Positions 1 to 8,503 of a stretch of DNA of 17,206 nucleotides are shown piece by piece. The position numbers and the translations under genes are program-made. Position 1 is the stretch's first letter. Each line of letters opens with the position of its first letter. The notes beneath the pieces were generated by a model. It had not been told where the DNA came from, ran no database searches, and saw only the letters and a list, made by a program, of their open reading frames with translations. This stretch comes from a virus (lineage: Duplodnaviria > Heunggongvirae > Uroviricota > Caudoviricetes). Where the stretch lies: the IMG/VR virus record IMGVR_UViG_2693429621_000004. One strand, written 5' to 3'.

Positions 1-441
1 CCAGCCACCGTTACGCTGTATCTGAACCAGCAGGCGGACTTCCGACGGATTCCGGTCACCCTTTGAGGTGGTTTCCACCAGTGCCTGCACACCGAAGGTC
101 AGGCGCAGACGGTCGATGTTTGCCGACGTGATGGTCCGGGTGATCGGCGTGTCATATTTCACTTCCGTACCCAGCACCGTCTCGGAGCCGGAGGATTCAA
201 AACCCTCCGGCGGTGTCTGCTCCTGCTCACCTGCACGGAACACCACCGTAACACCGGAAAAGTTTGTCTTCCCCTCGCTGTCCAGGACCGGCGTACCGTT
301 CAGCAGCACGCTTTTTAATCCATCCACCGGACCGTCAACCGGCCCTTCGCTGATGGCATCAATCACACTCAGCAACTGCGTGGATTTCAGGTTGTCCTTC
401 GCTTCGCGCGGGGTATGCCCCTTACTGCTGCCTTTACCCAT
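1..441 (-). CDS. J: Tail tip / host-specificity protein J, N-terminal 147 codons only (gene continues beyond the left window edge)
   Basis: Reverse complement from 441 reads ATG GGT AAA GGC AGC AGT AAG GGG CAT... = MGKGSSKGHTPREAKDNLKSTQLLSVIDAISEGP..., which matches the lambda gpJ N-terminus as recalled. It starts 60 bp downstream of the I stop, as in lambda. The track's plus-strand ORF 68..457 is its antisense shadow. Confidence 0.9.
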   Translation of the reverse strand, partial: MGKGSSKGHTPREAKDNLKSTQLLSVIDAISEGPVDGPVDGLKSVLLNGTPVLDSEGKTNFSGVTVVFRAGEQEQTPPEGFESSGSETVLGTEVKYDTPITRTITSANIDRLRLTFGVQALVETTSKGDRNPSEVRLLVQIQRNGGW

Positions 442-501
442 TCCTCACGCTCCATAAACGACAAAACCGCCCGCAGGCGGTTTCACATAAAACATTTTGC
501 A

Positions 502-1143
502 TCAGCGACCAATCACCACAACCTGACCACCATCCCCTTCGTCTGCCGTGCTGATCTCCTGAGAAACCACACGTGACCCCACGCGCATTTCACCGTACAG
601 AACGGGCAGAACATTGCCCTGGGCAACCATGTTATCCAGTGACGAGAAATACGTGTTCTGCTTACCGTTATCCGTTGTCTGTGTACGGGGAGTTCTGGCT
701 TTCGGTGCCAGCATCTGTGCAACACCGCCAAGCGTCATACTGGCACCGAGAGAAAACAGCAGATTACTCGCCATAATTCCTACCCCCGGCATCCATATAG
801 CAACCGCCATAACAGCCGCCCCCAGCACCGCCTGAAACACACCGCCACTTTTAGCTCCCACCAGACGCGGTACTATGTGGATCACTGCACCATTTGCCAG
901 CGGCTCATTAAGACGGGCAGACAATTCGGTTTCACCTGCATCACGCCCGGCAATGCGCACCTGATACCAGCCGTCACTCAGTTTCTGACGAAACGCCGGG
1001 AGCTGTGTGGCCAGTGCCCGGATGGCTTCAGCCCCCGTTTTCACACGAAGGTCGATGCGGCGACCAAATCGTTGTAAATCCCCGTAAAGGCAGATGCGCG
1101 CCATGCCCGGTGACGCCAGAGGGAGTGTGTGCGTCGCTGCCAT
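502..1143 (-). CDS. I: Tail tip assembly protein I (213 aa)
   Basis: ORF track 502..1143(-). The N-terminus MAATHTLPLASPGMARICLYGDLQRFGRRIDLRVKTGAEAIRAL and C-terminus ...VVSQEISTADEGDGGQVVVIGR are lambda gpI-like. The start overlaps the 3' end of K by about 100 bp, as in lambda. Confidence 0.85.
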   Translation of the reverse strand: MAATHTLPLASPGMARICLYGDLQRFGRRIDLRVKTGAEAIRALATQLPAFRQKLSDGWYQVRIAGRDAGETELSARLNEPLANGAVIHIVPRLVGAKSGGVFQAVLGAAVMAVAIWMPGVGIMASNLLFSLGASMTLGGVAQMLAPKARTPRTQTTDNGKQNTYFSSLDNMVAQGNVLPVLYGEMRVGSRVVSQEISTADEGDGGQVVVIGR

Positions 1144-1971
1144 TTGTCGGTATACCTCTCTCGTTTGCTCAGTTGTTCAGGAATATGGTGCAGCAGCTCG
1201 CCGTCACCACAGTAAATGGCGGCATGATTCGGCACCGATGAACCAAAACAGCACAGCAGCACATCGCCCGGCTGCGCCGCTGACAACGGCACCTGATACA
1301 GCCCTGTGGCCTCCAGATTATCCAGATAGAGATTCTGACCGTGACGCCACCAGTCATCCTCACGATGAAAATCCGGCATCTCAATCCCCGCCAGATGGTA
1401 AGCATCCCGGAACAGCGTGTAACAGTCCGTCANNNNNNCACAGCAGCACATCGCCCGGCTGTGCCTCTGTCAGTGCGACACGGTAAAAACCCGTCACCTC
1501 CATATTGTCAAGATAGAGATTCTGACCGTTACGCCACCAGTCATCCCCGCGATGAAAATCCGGCATCTCAATCCCTGCCAGATGATAAGCATCCCGGAAC
1601 AGCGTGTAACAGTCCGTCACCCCGTGCTCAAAGCGCCGCCCGGTAAGATGTGGCACACAGCGGAACTTGTGAATCGCCCCCCGGCAGACCAGCCACCACG
1701 GCAAATCACTCTGCACCTGCAGCCGCCGGTCGGCCTCACTCAGCCAGGGCAGACCACCGGGGTGGCTGTGGACCAGTGCCACAATCTCACCCTGCATCTC
1801 TGCCTGCAGCCAGTCTTCCGGCGACATACGGAAATACGCCTCCGGCTCACCGGAGATATTCACGCAGGGGAAATATCTTTCCCCCTCCGGCGTTCTTACC
1901 ACGAAGCCGCACGACTCCGCTGGAGCACATCGCCGGGCGTGCGCCAGAATCGCTGATTCTGTCTCTGTCAT
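1041..1971 (-). CDS. K: Tail tip assembly protein K (JAMM/MPN + NlpC/P60 domains); reading frame split in two by an N-gap and a flanking 181-bp duplication, most likely an assembly artefact (intact gene would be about 247 codons)
   Basis: Track ORFs 1381..1971(-) and 1041..1451(-) together read as one K protein. The first carries the exact JAMM motif HSHPGGLPWLSEAD (H-x-H-x7-S-x2-D) with upstream ESCGFV. Both carry the NlpC/P60-type segment TDCYTLFRDAYHLAGIEMPDFHR..QPGDVLL. The ATG at 1971 sits 5 nt after the L stop. Confidence 0.8.
1252..1619. repeat. Direct repeat, 2 x 181 bp (1252..1432 and 1439..1619), about 87% identical, flanking a 6-N gap
   Basis: Both copies begin cacagcagcacatcgcccggctg and end gcatcccggaacagcgtgtaacagtccgtca. 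By hand count there are about 24 mismatches, concentrated in the first 70 bp of each copy. Confidence 0.9.
1433..1438. other. Assembly gap (NNNNNN)
   Basis: Six ambiguous bases seen directly in the sequence. Confidence 0.99.
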
Positions 1972-1976
1972 GGGAT

Positions 1977-2675
1977 TTACTGCGAAAGTTTGTTAATGGA
2001 AAGGAAGCCGCCAAAGTTGCCGACGTTATTGCGAAACTTACAGCCACTCAGGCATTTGCTGCATTTATCCTTCGTGATGTCGGACGTTGGCTGGTCATAT
2101 TCATCCGCGACCGCCGGACCGTGATAACCGCACTCATCGCCGCGATAGGTCCAGGTGCAGGTGTTGGCCAGCATGATACGTCCCGGAAAAACAGCGCCAT
2201 CTGTTTCCGTCGGCGTGGACAGTACAAAAGAGGCACTCACCGCGCTCAGTTCGCTGCACTGCTCAATGCGCCAGCGGCTGATCACCTCCTGCTCCGGATC
2301 GGCGTCACTGTTTCCGTTGACGAAGTTCACCGCATCCAGAAAACGGGCGTAAACCTTACGCCGGACCACCGTTCCGCCGACCAGACTCTGTAGATCTTCC
2401 GCCATCCCGGTGACCATACCGTACAGGTTAGAAACCATCAGCGTGGGGCGCGTACTGGTGCCTTTGCCATTCAGTTCAAAACCACTCCCCTGAATGGGAT
2501 ACGGCTGATACTGTCGCCCCTGCCAGGTGACCGGCTCACCTTTTTCGTTCTGCTCATTACAGAAAAAATAACGTTCTCCACCGACCTCTGTCAGATCGAT
2601 TTCCCAGAGCACCACGCTGGCCGACTGCTCCGCACGGGTGCATTCATTCAGTGTTTCCTGCCGGATATCCTGCAT
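1977..2675 (-). CDS. L: Tail tip assembly protein L (232 aa), with C-terminal Cys cluster
   Basis: ORF track 1977..2675(-). Same length as lambda gpL. The C-terminal cysteine-rich segment CGYHGP...CSKCLSGCKF is consistent with the Fe-S-binding region reported for gpL. Confidence 0.9.
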   Translation of the reverse strand: MQDIRQETLNECTRAEQSASVVLWEIDLTEVGGERYFFCNEQNEKGEPVTWQGRQYQPYPIQGSGFELNGKGTSTRPTLMVSNLYGMVTGMAEDLQSLVGGTVVRRKVYARFLDAVNFVNGNSDADPEQEVISRWRIEQCSELSAVSASFVLSTPTETDGAVFPGRIMLANTCTWTYRGDECGYHGPAVADEYDQPTSDITKDKCSKCLSGCKFRNNVGNFGGFLSINKLSQ

Positions 2676-3004
2676 CAGTTCACCACCTGTTCAAACTCTG
2701 CGCTGAACTCAACACGCAGCATACTGACCCGCGACGACCATTTTGCGCAGGTCACCTTTATCTGCCGCCACTCATAAGGCGGCGTCCACAGAAAGGCTTT
2801 CCAGCCCCCGTGCTCTTCCAGAAACGACTCCAGTACCATGGCCTCCTCACGGGGGACAGAAAGCGTCACGCTGTACGTTTTCAGGTTGGCATTCAGCCCG
2901 GCAGGCGCTCGCTGGGAATAGCCATCACCAAAGCGCACCTTTCTTACAGAAGGGGCCGAAGCCACATCCATACCGGGTTTCACTTTCCAGCGGAAGGTTT
3001 TCAT
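2675..3004 (-). CDS. M: Tail tip assembly protein M (109 aa)
   Basis: ORF track 2675..3004(-), MKTFRWKVKPGMDVASAPSVRKVRFGDGYSQRAP.... Same length and position as lambda gpM; start overlaps the H stop by 4 bp. Confidence 0.9.
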   Translation of the reverse strand: MKTFRWKVKPGMDVASAPSVRKVRFGDGYSQRAPAGLNANLKTYSVTLSVPREEAMVLESFLEEHGGWKAFLWTPPYEWRQIKVTCAKWSSRVSMLRVEFSAEFEQVVN

Positions 3005-5562
3005 CGTCCACCTCCGGAGAACAGGCCACCATCACGCATCTGTGTCTGAATTTCATCACGGGCACCCTTGCGGGCCATGTCATACACGGCCTTCATCATC
3101 TGTGGACCTGGCAGACCATTCGTACCGTCGTTCTGAATCACCACGTGATTGTTCTGATTAAAATTAATGCCTTCAGCCCGCCGCATCTGCGCCGGACTTC
3201 CGGCACCGCCCACATAACCACCTTCCGCATAGCCGCGCATCAGCCGGTAGAGATTCCCCACGCCAATCCGGCTGGTTGCCTCCTTCGTGAAGACAAATTC
3301 ACCACGGTGAACAATCCCCGCTGGCTCATATTTGCCGCCGGTTCCCGTAAATCCCCCGGTTGCAAAATGGAATTTCACCGCAGCGGCCTGAATGGCTGTA
3401 CCACCTGACGCGGATGCGCCGCCACCAACAGCCCCGCCAATGGCGCTGCCGATACTCCCGACAATCCCCACCATTGCCTGCTTAAGCAGAATTTCTGTCA
3501 TCATGGACAGCACGGAGCGGGTGAAGCTGCGCCAGTTCTGTTCACTGCCGGTCAGCATCGCCGCCATATTCTGTGCAATACCATCAAAGGTCTGCGTGGC
3601 TGCACTTTTAACCTGTGACATACTGTCCGTGGCGCTCTCTTCCCACTCACTCCAGCCGGACTTCAGGCCTGCCATCCAGCTCCCGCGAAGCTGGTCTTCA
3701 GCCGCCCAGGTCTTTTTCTGCTCTGACATGACGTTATTCAGCGCCAGAGGATTATCGCCATACTGTTCCTTCAGGCGCTGTTCCGTGGCTTCCCGCGCTG
3801 CCTGCCGGTCAGTCAGCCCCCGGTTTTTCGCATCAATGGCTGCCCGTTTTGCCCGTTGCTGCTGTGCGAATTTATCCGCCTGCTGCGCCAGCGCATTCAG
3901 GTGCTCCTGATACGTAACCTTGTCACCAAGTGCAGCCAGCTGGCGTTTGTACTCCAGCGTCTCGTCTTTATGCGCCAGCAGGGATTTCTCCTGTGCGGAC
4001 AGCTGGCGACGTTGTGCCGCCTCCTCCAGTACCGCGAACTGACTTTCTGCCTTCCACAAATCCCGGCGCTGCTGGCTGATTTTCTCATTCGCTCCGGCAT
4101 GCTTCTCCAGCGTCCGGAGTTCTGCCTGAAGCGTCAGCAGGGCCGCATGAGCACTGTCTTCCTGACGATCGCCCGCATACACCTTCACGCCGGACTGTTT
4201 CGGCTTTTTCAGCGTCGCTTCATAATCCTTTTTCGCCGCCGCCATCAGCGTGTTGTAATCTGCCTGCAGGATTTTTCCGTCTTTCAGTGCCTTGTTCAGT
4301 TCTTCCTGACGGGCGGTATATTTCTCCAGCGGCGTCTGCAGCCGTTCGTAAGCCTTCTGCGCCTCTTCGGTATATTTCAGCCGTGACGCTTCGGTATCGC
4401 TCTGCTGCTGCGCATTTTTGTCCTGTTGACGCTGTTGATCTACCCTCTTTTGGGCTGCATCCCGCTCCAGGCGTTTTTTTTCACGATCATCCCAGTAACG
4501 CGCCCGTGCTTCATCGTTAACGAAATAATCATCCTTGCGCAGATTCCAGATGTCGTCTGCTTTCTTAAACGCAGCCTCTGCCTTAATCAGCATCTCCTGC
4601 GCGGTATCAGGACGACCAATATCCAGCACCGCATCCCACATGGATTTGAATGCACGTGCAGTCCTGTCTGCCCAGGTCTCCAGCGTGCCCATGTTCTCTT
4701 TCAGGCGGCGGGTCTGGTCATCAAACCCTTTCGTTGCGGCCTCGTTCGCCGCCTGCAATGCCCCGGCTTCATCGCCGGAACGCTGCAACTGAGCAACATA
4801 CGCAATCTGCTCCGCCGTCACGTTATGGAACTGGCGTGCCATCGCCGTCAGCCCCGACGTCGGGTCTGTGGTCAGCTTCCCGAAGGCTTCAGCGACCTTG
4901 TCCACCTCCACGCCGGATGCATAGGAGAAACGCGCCACACTCTGGCTGATGGACGCAATCTGAGCCTCACCGCTTACCCCCGCCTTAACCAGTGCGCTGA
5001 GTGACTCGCTGGTCTGGTTAAACGTCAGCCCTGCCGCCTGCCCGGCTCTGGACAGGACCAGCATACGATCTGCCGTCAGTCCCGCCTGATTACCGGAAAG
5101 GACCAGCGTTTTGTTGAAATCGGACAGGGTTGAGTTGCCCTGATACCAGGCATACGCCAGCGCACCGGTCGCCACCGCCAGCGAGGTGGCCCCCACCATC
5201 GGCAGGGTGATCGCGCCGGCAAGCCCCCTGAACATGGGGATCATCCCGCCGAAGGAGTCCTTAACCTGACCACCCTGTTGCAGCAGGATCAGCCAGGGAT
5301 TCTGCCCCCCTGCAAGCTGCGTGGCCACGTCGGTGAACTGTGCAGGCAGCATACGCATGGCGGCTTTATACTGCCCGACGGAAATCCCCGCTTTCTGTGC
5401 AGCCAGCGCCTGTCGGCTCAGCGACTGTTCAACGACTGCCGCTGTTTTTTTCGCATCACTTTCCGTACCGGAAAAATGACGCCTGACTCTGGCCATCTGC
5501 TCGTCAAATCTGGCCGCATCCAGACTCAAATCAACGACCAGATCGCCTACCGGTTCAGCCAT
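3001..5562 (-). CDS. H: Tail tape measure protein H (853 aa)
   Basis: ORF track 3001..5562(-). Length is identical to lambda gpH. It has a long Ala/Gln/Lys/Glu-rich presumably helical central region, a Gly-rich hydrophobic segment (IGGAVGGGASASGG) and the C-terminus ...RDGGLFSGGGR. Confidence 0.95.
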   Translation of the reverse strand: MAEPVGDLVVDLSLDAARFDEQMARVRRHFSGTESDAKKTAAVVEQSLSRQALAAQKAGISVGQYKAAMRMLPAQFTDVATQLAGGQNPWLILLQQGGQVKDSFGGMIPMFRGLAGAITLPMVGATSLAVATGALAYAWYQGNSTLSDFNKTLVLSGNQAGLTADRMLVLSRAGQAAGLTFNQTSESLSALVKAGVSGEAQIASISQSVARFSYASGVEVDKVAEAFGKLTTDPTSGLTAMARQFHNVTAEQIAYVAQLQRSGDEAGALQAANEAATKGFDDQTRRLKENMGTLETWADRTARAFKSMWDAVLDIGRPDTAQEMLIKAEAAFKKADDIWNLRKDDYFVNDEARARYWDDREKKRLERDAAQKRVDQQRQQDKNAQQQSDTEASRLKYTEEAQKAYERLQTPLEKYTARQEELNKALKDGKILQADYNTLMAAAKKDYEATLKKPKQSGVKVYAGDRQEDSAHAALLTLQAELRTLEKHAGANEKISQQRRDLWKAESQFAVLEEAAQRRQLSAQEKSLLAHKDETLEYKRQLAALGDKVTYQEHLNALAQQADKFAQQQRAKRAAIDAKNRGLTDRQAAREATEQRLKEQYGDNPLALNNVMSEQKKTWAAEDQLRGSWMAGLKSGWSEWEESATDSMSQVKSAATQTFDGIAQNMAAMLTGSEQNWRSFTRSVLSMMTEILLKQAMVGIVGSIGSAIGGAVGGGASASGGTAIQAAAVKFHFATGGFTGTGGKYEPAGIVHRGEFVFTKEATSRIGVGNLYRLMRGYAEGGYVGGAGSPAQMRRAEGINFNQNNHVVIQNDGTNGLPGPQMMKAVYDMARKGARDEIQTQMRDGGLFSGGGR

Positions 5563-6393
5563 ACCGGACTCCTCCTGCGATCCCTTCTGATACTGTCATC
5601 AGCATTACGTCATCCTCCGTCATGTCCGCCACATCCGGGGAAGCGGGGATAACTTCATTCCCGTCCGGGCCAAAGCGGACACCTCCGGCAAGCCCTGCCG
5701 CTTTCTGCATCAGCACATCATCTTCAGGCTCTTCGTCAGCCTCGCGCCGGTTCAGCAGACTGAAATCCAGCGGATGCATCTCCGGATCGCTGAAAAACAG
5801 GCTGAGCACGGTGTACGTCAGCCCGGAAAAGTGCATATCCAGCAGAACATCATGAAAATAATGGGTACTGTAAAAGCGGTGCCAGTCGGCATACTCCGTG
5901 GATGACATCCCGGCAAGCATGGCGCGCCAGTCGGGTCGCCCCATCTCACGCGCCAGTTTCAGGGCAAAACTCAGCTCACCGTCGAACACTTTCCCGCAGA
6001 AACAGGCTCTGCAGGCCCGGCGTCCTCTGCCTGTTCAGGAGCATCATTCACCACAAACTCATACATACCGGACAGCCGGTACACCACGTTTTCAGCATGA
6101 GAAATTGCCTCTGTGGGCCAGGTGGTAAGCACTTCCTGCTCAATCTGTTTAACGGCTTCATTCATGGACGGCATCTGCGTCTTCTTCGGATGGTTATGCC
6201 ACAGGGACATCGCAACCACAAAAGCGCCGGTTCTGATGGCGTCTTCCACAGTAAACTTCCGGTTGCTGTCTGACTCCGCCTGTTCTGCCTGCCGTTTCAT
6301 CAGGTCGAGATGCTCAATACGCTGCAGGGCTGACAGTTCAGAAAGCGTGACGGTCACACCGTTATGTTCAAATGATTCGGTTTTCAGGAACAT
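5555..6393 (-). CDS. GT: Tail assembly chaperone G-T fusion made by programmed -1 ribosomal frameshift (T frame 5555..5989)
   Basis: Slippery heptamer G GGA AAG on the minus strand (plus coords 5989..5995) lies 8 codons before the G stop. The -1 frame from it reads GKVFDGELSFALKLAREMG... with no stop until 5555, overlapping the H start. Confidence 0.85.
5971..6393 (-). CDS. G: Tail assembly chaperone G (140 aa)
   Basis: ORF track 5971..6393(-), MFLKTESFEHNGVTVTLSELSALQRIEHL...SAGKCSTVS. A GGAGAG Shine-Dalgarno lies upstream of the ATG at 6393. Confidence 0.9.
   Translation of the reverse strand: MFLKTESFEHNGVTVTLSELSALQRIEHLDLMKRQAEQAESDSNRKFTVEDAIRTGAFVVAMSLWHNHPKKTQMPSMNEAVKQIEQEVLTTWPTEAISHAENVVYRLSGMYEFVVNDAPEQAEDAGPAEPVSAGKCSTVS
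5989..5995 (-). promoter_or_regulatory. Programmed -1 frameshift slippery site GGGAAAG (G/T)
   Basis: Plus-strand ctttccc at 5989..5995 is the reverse complement of GGGAAAG. G frame reads GCG GGA AAG TGT; the -1 frame reads GGG AAA GTG TTC. Confidence 0.85.
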
Positions 6394-6408
6394 CGCTGAC
6401 TCTCCGGA

Positions 6409-7149
6409 TTAACTGGCGGTGACGTTGATTTCTGCAACCGCAGCAAACTCACCATTACCAGATACGACCGGAATGTTGACCTTGCCTGCAGCAACACCTT
6501 TCACGGTGATGGTCATACCACTGACCGACACGGTGGCTTTTGTTTTATCCGCAGACACCGCACGGAAGCTCTTGTCGGTTGCGCCATCCGGCTGGAATGC
6601 CACGGTCAGCGTGGTGCTCTGCCCTTTCACTACGGAAGCACTGGCGGGTGTCACCGTCATGCCGGTCGTCGCCGTCACCGTGCTGCGATCTTCTGCCATC
6701 GACGGACGTCCCACATTGGTGACCTTCACCGTGCGGGTAATCACCTCCTTCGCCGTCACCGCCTTACCGATACTGCTGACCCAGCCACGGAACACATCGA
6801 CCGTGCCGTTCGGGAAGCGGATTTTATAGGCACGGGTATCACCTTCATTAAACCACGCCAGCAGCGCCTGCTGCCCCTGCTCTCCGGGCATCCACGCCAG
6901 CGTGAAGCTGGTATCTCCGGCAGATTTCTGCCCCTGCCCGGTCGCAGTCCAGTCTGCATCTTCATCATCGAGATAGCTGTCGTCATAGGACTCAGCGGTC
7001 AGTTCGCCGGGCGTCAGGTCTTTAACTTTTGCCAGACGCGACCAGTCAACGTCTGAAAGCGGGTTCGCATAAGGGTCACCGCTCCCCTTATAAACCCACA
7101 GGGTGGTCCCGGCACCTTTCACCGGCATTGTAGGATTTGGTACAGGCAT
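6409..7149 (-). CDS. V: Major tail tube protein V (246 aa), with C-terminal Ig-like region
   Basis: ORF track 6409..7179(-). The probable start is the internal ATG at 7149 ([22 protein letters not shown]...), preceded by GAGGA and lying 8 nt after the U stop. Confidence 0.9.
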   Translation of the reverse strand: MPVPNPTMPVKGAGTTLWVYKGSGDPYANPLSDVDWSRLAKVKDLTPGELTAESYDDSYLDDEDADWTATGQGQKSAGDTSFTLAWMPGEQGQQALLAWFNEGDTRAYKIRFPNGTVDVFRGWVSSIGKAVTAKEVITRTVKVTNVGRPSMAEDRSTVTATTGMTVTPASASVVKGQSTTLTVAFQPDGATDKSFRAVSADKTKATVSVSGMTITVKGVAAGKVNIPVVSGNGEFAAVAEINVTAS

Positions 7150-7156
7150 AGCGTCC

Positions 7157-7552
7157 TCACATTTCATAGATAATGACATAAGTCAGATCGGCTGAACTCC
7201 ACAGGCCCGCATCATCGTCGCGCCGGTAGTCATAGCCGCTGGCCACCATACTGGTGATCAAATCTGACAGTGCCGGGATATCGCTCATCACCGGATAAAT
7301 CCGGGACTCCATCCACGAATCCAGCTCTGAATCCGGCACCTGAGCAGGCAGGAAAACTTCAATATGCAGCTCCGCCTGCCAGGTATCGCTGTCCAGCTCT
7401 TCGCCCGTGTATTCAGCGCCGGTGAGATAAACGGCAATTGCCGGAAAATCTTCCTCATCAAAAACAGCGGGGCGACCATCAAAAAGCGTCGCCCCGGTGT
7501 CATGCTTCTCCAGTGCATCCAGTACGGCTGCACGGAGTTCAGTATGTTTCAT
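7157..7552 (-). CDS. U: Tail terminator protein U (131 aa)
   Basis: ORF track 7157..7552(-), [45 protein letters not shown].... Length equals lambda gpU; 4-bp overlap with the Z stop. Confidence 0.9.
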   Translation of the reverse strand: MKHTELRAAVLDALEKHDTGATLFDGRPAVFDEEDFPAIAVYLTGAEYTGEELDSDTWQAELHIEVFLPAQVPDSELDSWMESRIYPVMSDIPALSDLITSMVASGYDYRRDDDAGLWSSADLTYVIIYEM

Positions 7553-8127
7553 CGCTTTATTACCATTCTCAGTTGATGCTGCAGCGCATAGCCCAGCTCT
7601 TTCGGAAGACGTTCACGCCGTATCCGTTCAATATTCTGTTTAAACGCCGTGGTCAGCGGCACCGCCATCGGGATTTTCACCACATCAATGGGGTAACGGT
7701 TTTTCCCGGCCACACGCTGCATAACATGCCACCGGCCGTTTTTCAGTTGCTGAATAAACGCGCCGGGAATACGACGGTTACCCACCACAAGCACGCTGCC
7801 GCCACCTTTCAGGGATGAACGCTGCCCCTTTTTATGACGCCTGCGGCGGGACAGGACAACCCGCGCATTACCCAGCTTGATTACGGGCAAATCCCCCCGG
7901 TTAACTTTGATTCTGGCCTGCGGATTTTTGACCGTGGCCCTTTTCAGCCTGGCCCTTTCCTTTACCAGTTTCCGGCGTACCTTTGTCTCACGGGCAACCT
8001 GTGACGCAGACTGCGATATCGCGGATGAAGCAACGCGGTTAATGGCCATTGCGGCGGCACCGGGCACCGCCGTTTTGCTGATACGGCTGAGGTTTTCAAC
8101 GGCCTGCTCAAGACCTTTTATGGCCAT
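7549..8127 (-). CDS. Z: Tail completion protein Z (192 aa)
   Basis: ORF track 7549..8127(-). Length and position equal lambda gpZ. Confidence 0.9.
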   Translation of the reverse strand: MAIKGLEQAVENLSRISKTAVPGAAAMAINRVASSAISQSASQVARETKVRRKLVKERARLKRATVKNPQARIKVNRGDLPVIKLGNARVVLSRRRRHKKGQRSSLKGGGSVLVVGNRRIPGAFIQQLKNGRWHVMQRVAGKNRYPIDVVKIPMAVPLTTAFKQNIERIRRERLPKELGYALQHQLRMVIKR

Positions 8128-8138
8128 ACATCCCCCTT

Positions 8139-8492
8139 TCAGCGGCGACGGTTAACGGCAGGCGGTACGCCCCGTCCAAGCCAGAGATGACAACTTCCGC
8201 CATCATCCGGCGAAACCCGATCTACCCAGAAATTTTCCTCACCGATGGTCAGCGTGTCTCCACGCCGCAGCTGCCGCACCTCATCAGTCCGGACAAACAG
8301 GGACGGGCTGGAGCCTTCAACGCGCACGCCCTGTCCGGCATAGCTGATATTTTCAGGGTCATCAAAAACACCACGTATCACCGCACCTGACTGCTCACCG
8401 GATGTCATGGTGGCTGACGTTCCCATGTACCCGCGTATCGTTTCATCGGCGCGGGCAATGGCAGCATCGAACAGGTTATCGAAATCAGCCAC
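8139..8492 (-). CDS. FII: Head-tail connector / head completion protein FII (117 aa)
   Basis: ORF track 8139..8492(-), MADFDNLFDAAIARADETIRGYMGTSATMTSGEQSGAV.... Length equals lambda gpFII. Confidence 0.9.
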   Translation of the reverse strand: MADFDNLFDAAIARADETIRGYMGTSATMTSGEQSGAVIRGVFDDPENISYAGQGVRVEGSSPSLFVRTDEVRQLRRGDTLTIGEENFWVDRVSPDDGGSCHLWLGRGVPPAVNRRR

Positions 8493-8503
8493 AGCGCCTC
8501 CCG

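Noticed and set aside
68-457. Plus-strand ORF (129 aa) at the left end
   Set aside because: Lies entirely antisense to the J N-terminus, whose minus-strand translation matches lambda gpJ. It is a GC-rich antisense shadow ORF.
513-1405. Nested or out-of-frame minus and plus ORFs within I and K (513..731, 573..776, 614..835, 877..1077, 1005..1241, 1169..1405)
   Set aside because: Alternative-frame ORFs inside conserved genes; no motifs or start signals.
1433-1438. Possibility that the NNNNNN marks a biological feature such as an insertion site or deletion
   Set aside because: Ns are placeholders for unknown sequence. The flanking near-duplicate contig ends explain it as a scaffolding joint.
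1650-2393. Plus-strand 247-aa ORF (Pro/Ala/Arg-rich)
   Set aside because: Antisense to K and L, which have conserved motifs and lambda-matching lengths. Low-complexity R/P/A composition is typical of spurious frames in GC-rich DNA.
3392-5004. Several plus-strand ORFs (3392..3910, 3856..4386, 4426..5004, 4535..4792, 4650..4949)
   Set aside because: All are antisense to the 853-aa tape-measure gene H. They are Cys/Arg/Leu-rich with no start-site signals and are open only because the sense strand is stop-poor.
7157-7179. Upstream in-frame ATG at 7179 for V ([15 protein letters not shown]...)
   Set aside because: It would overlap the U stop region, and the downstream ATG at 7149 has a GAGGA Shine-Dalgarno and gives the lambda-length 246-aa product.
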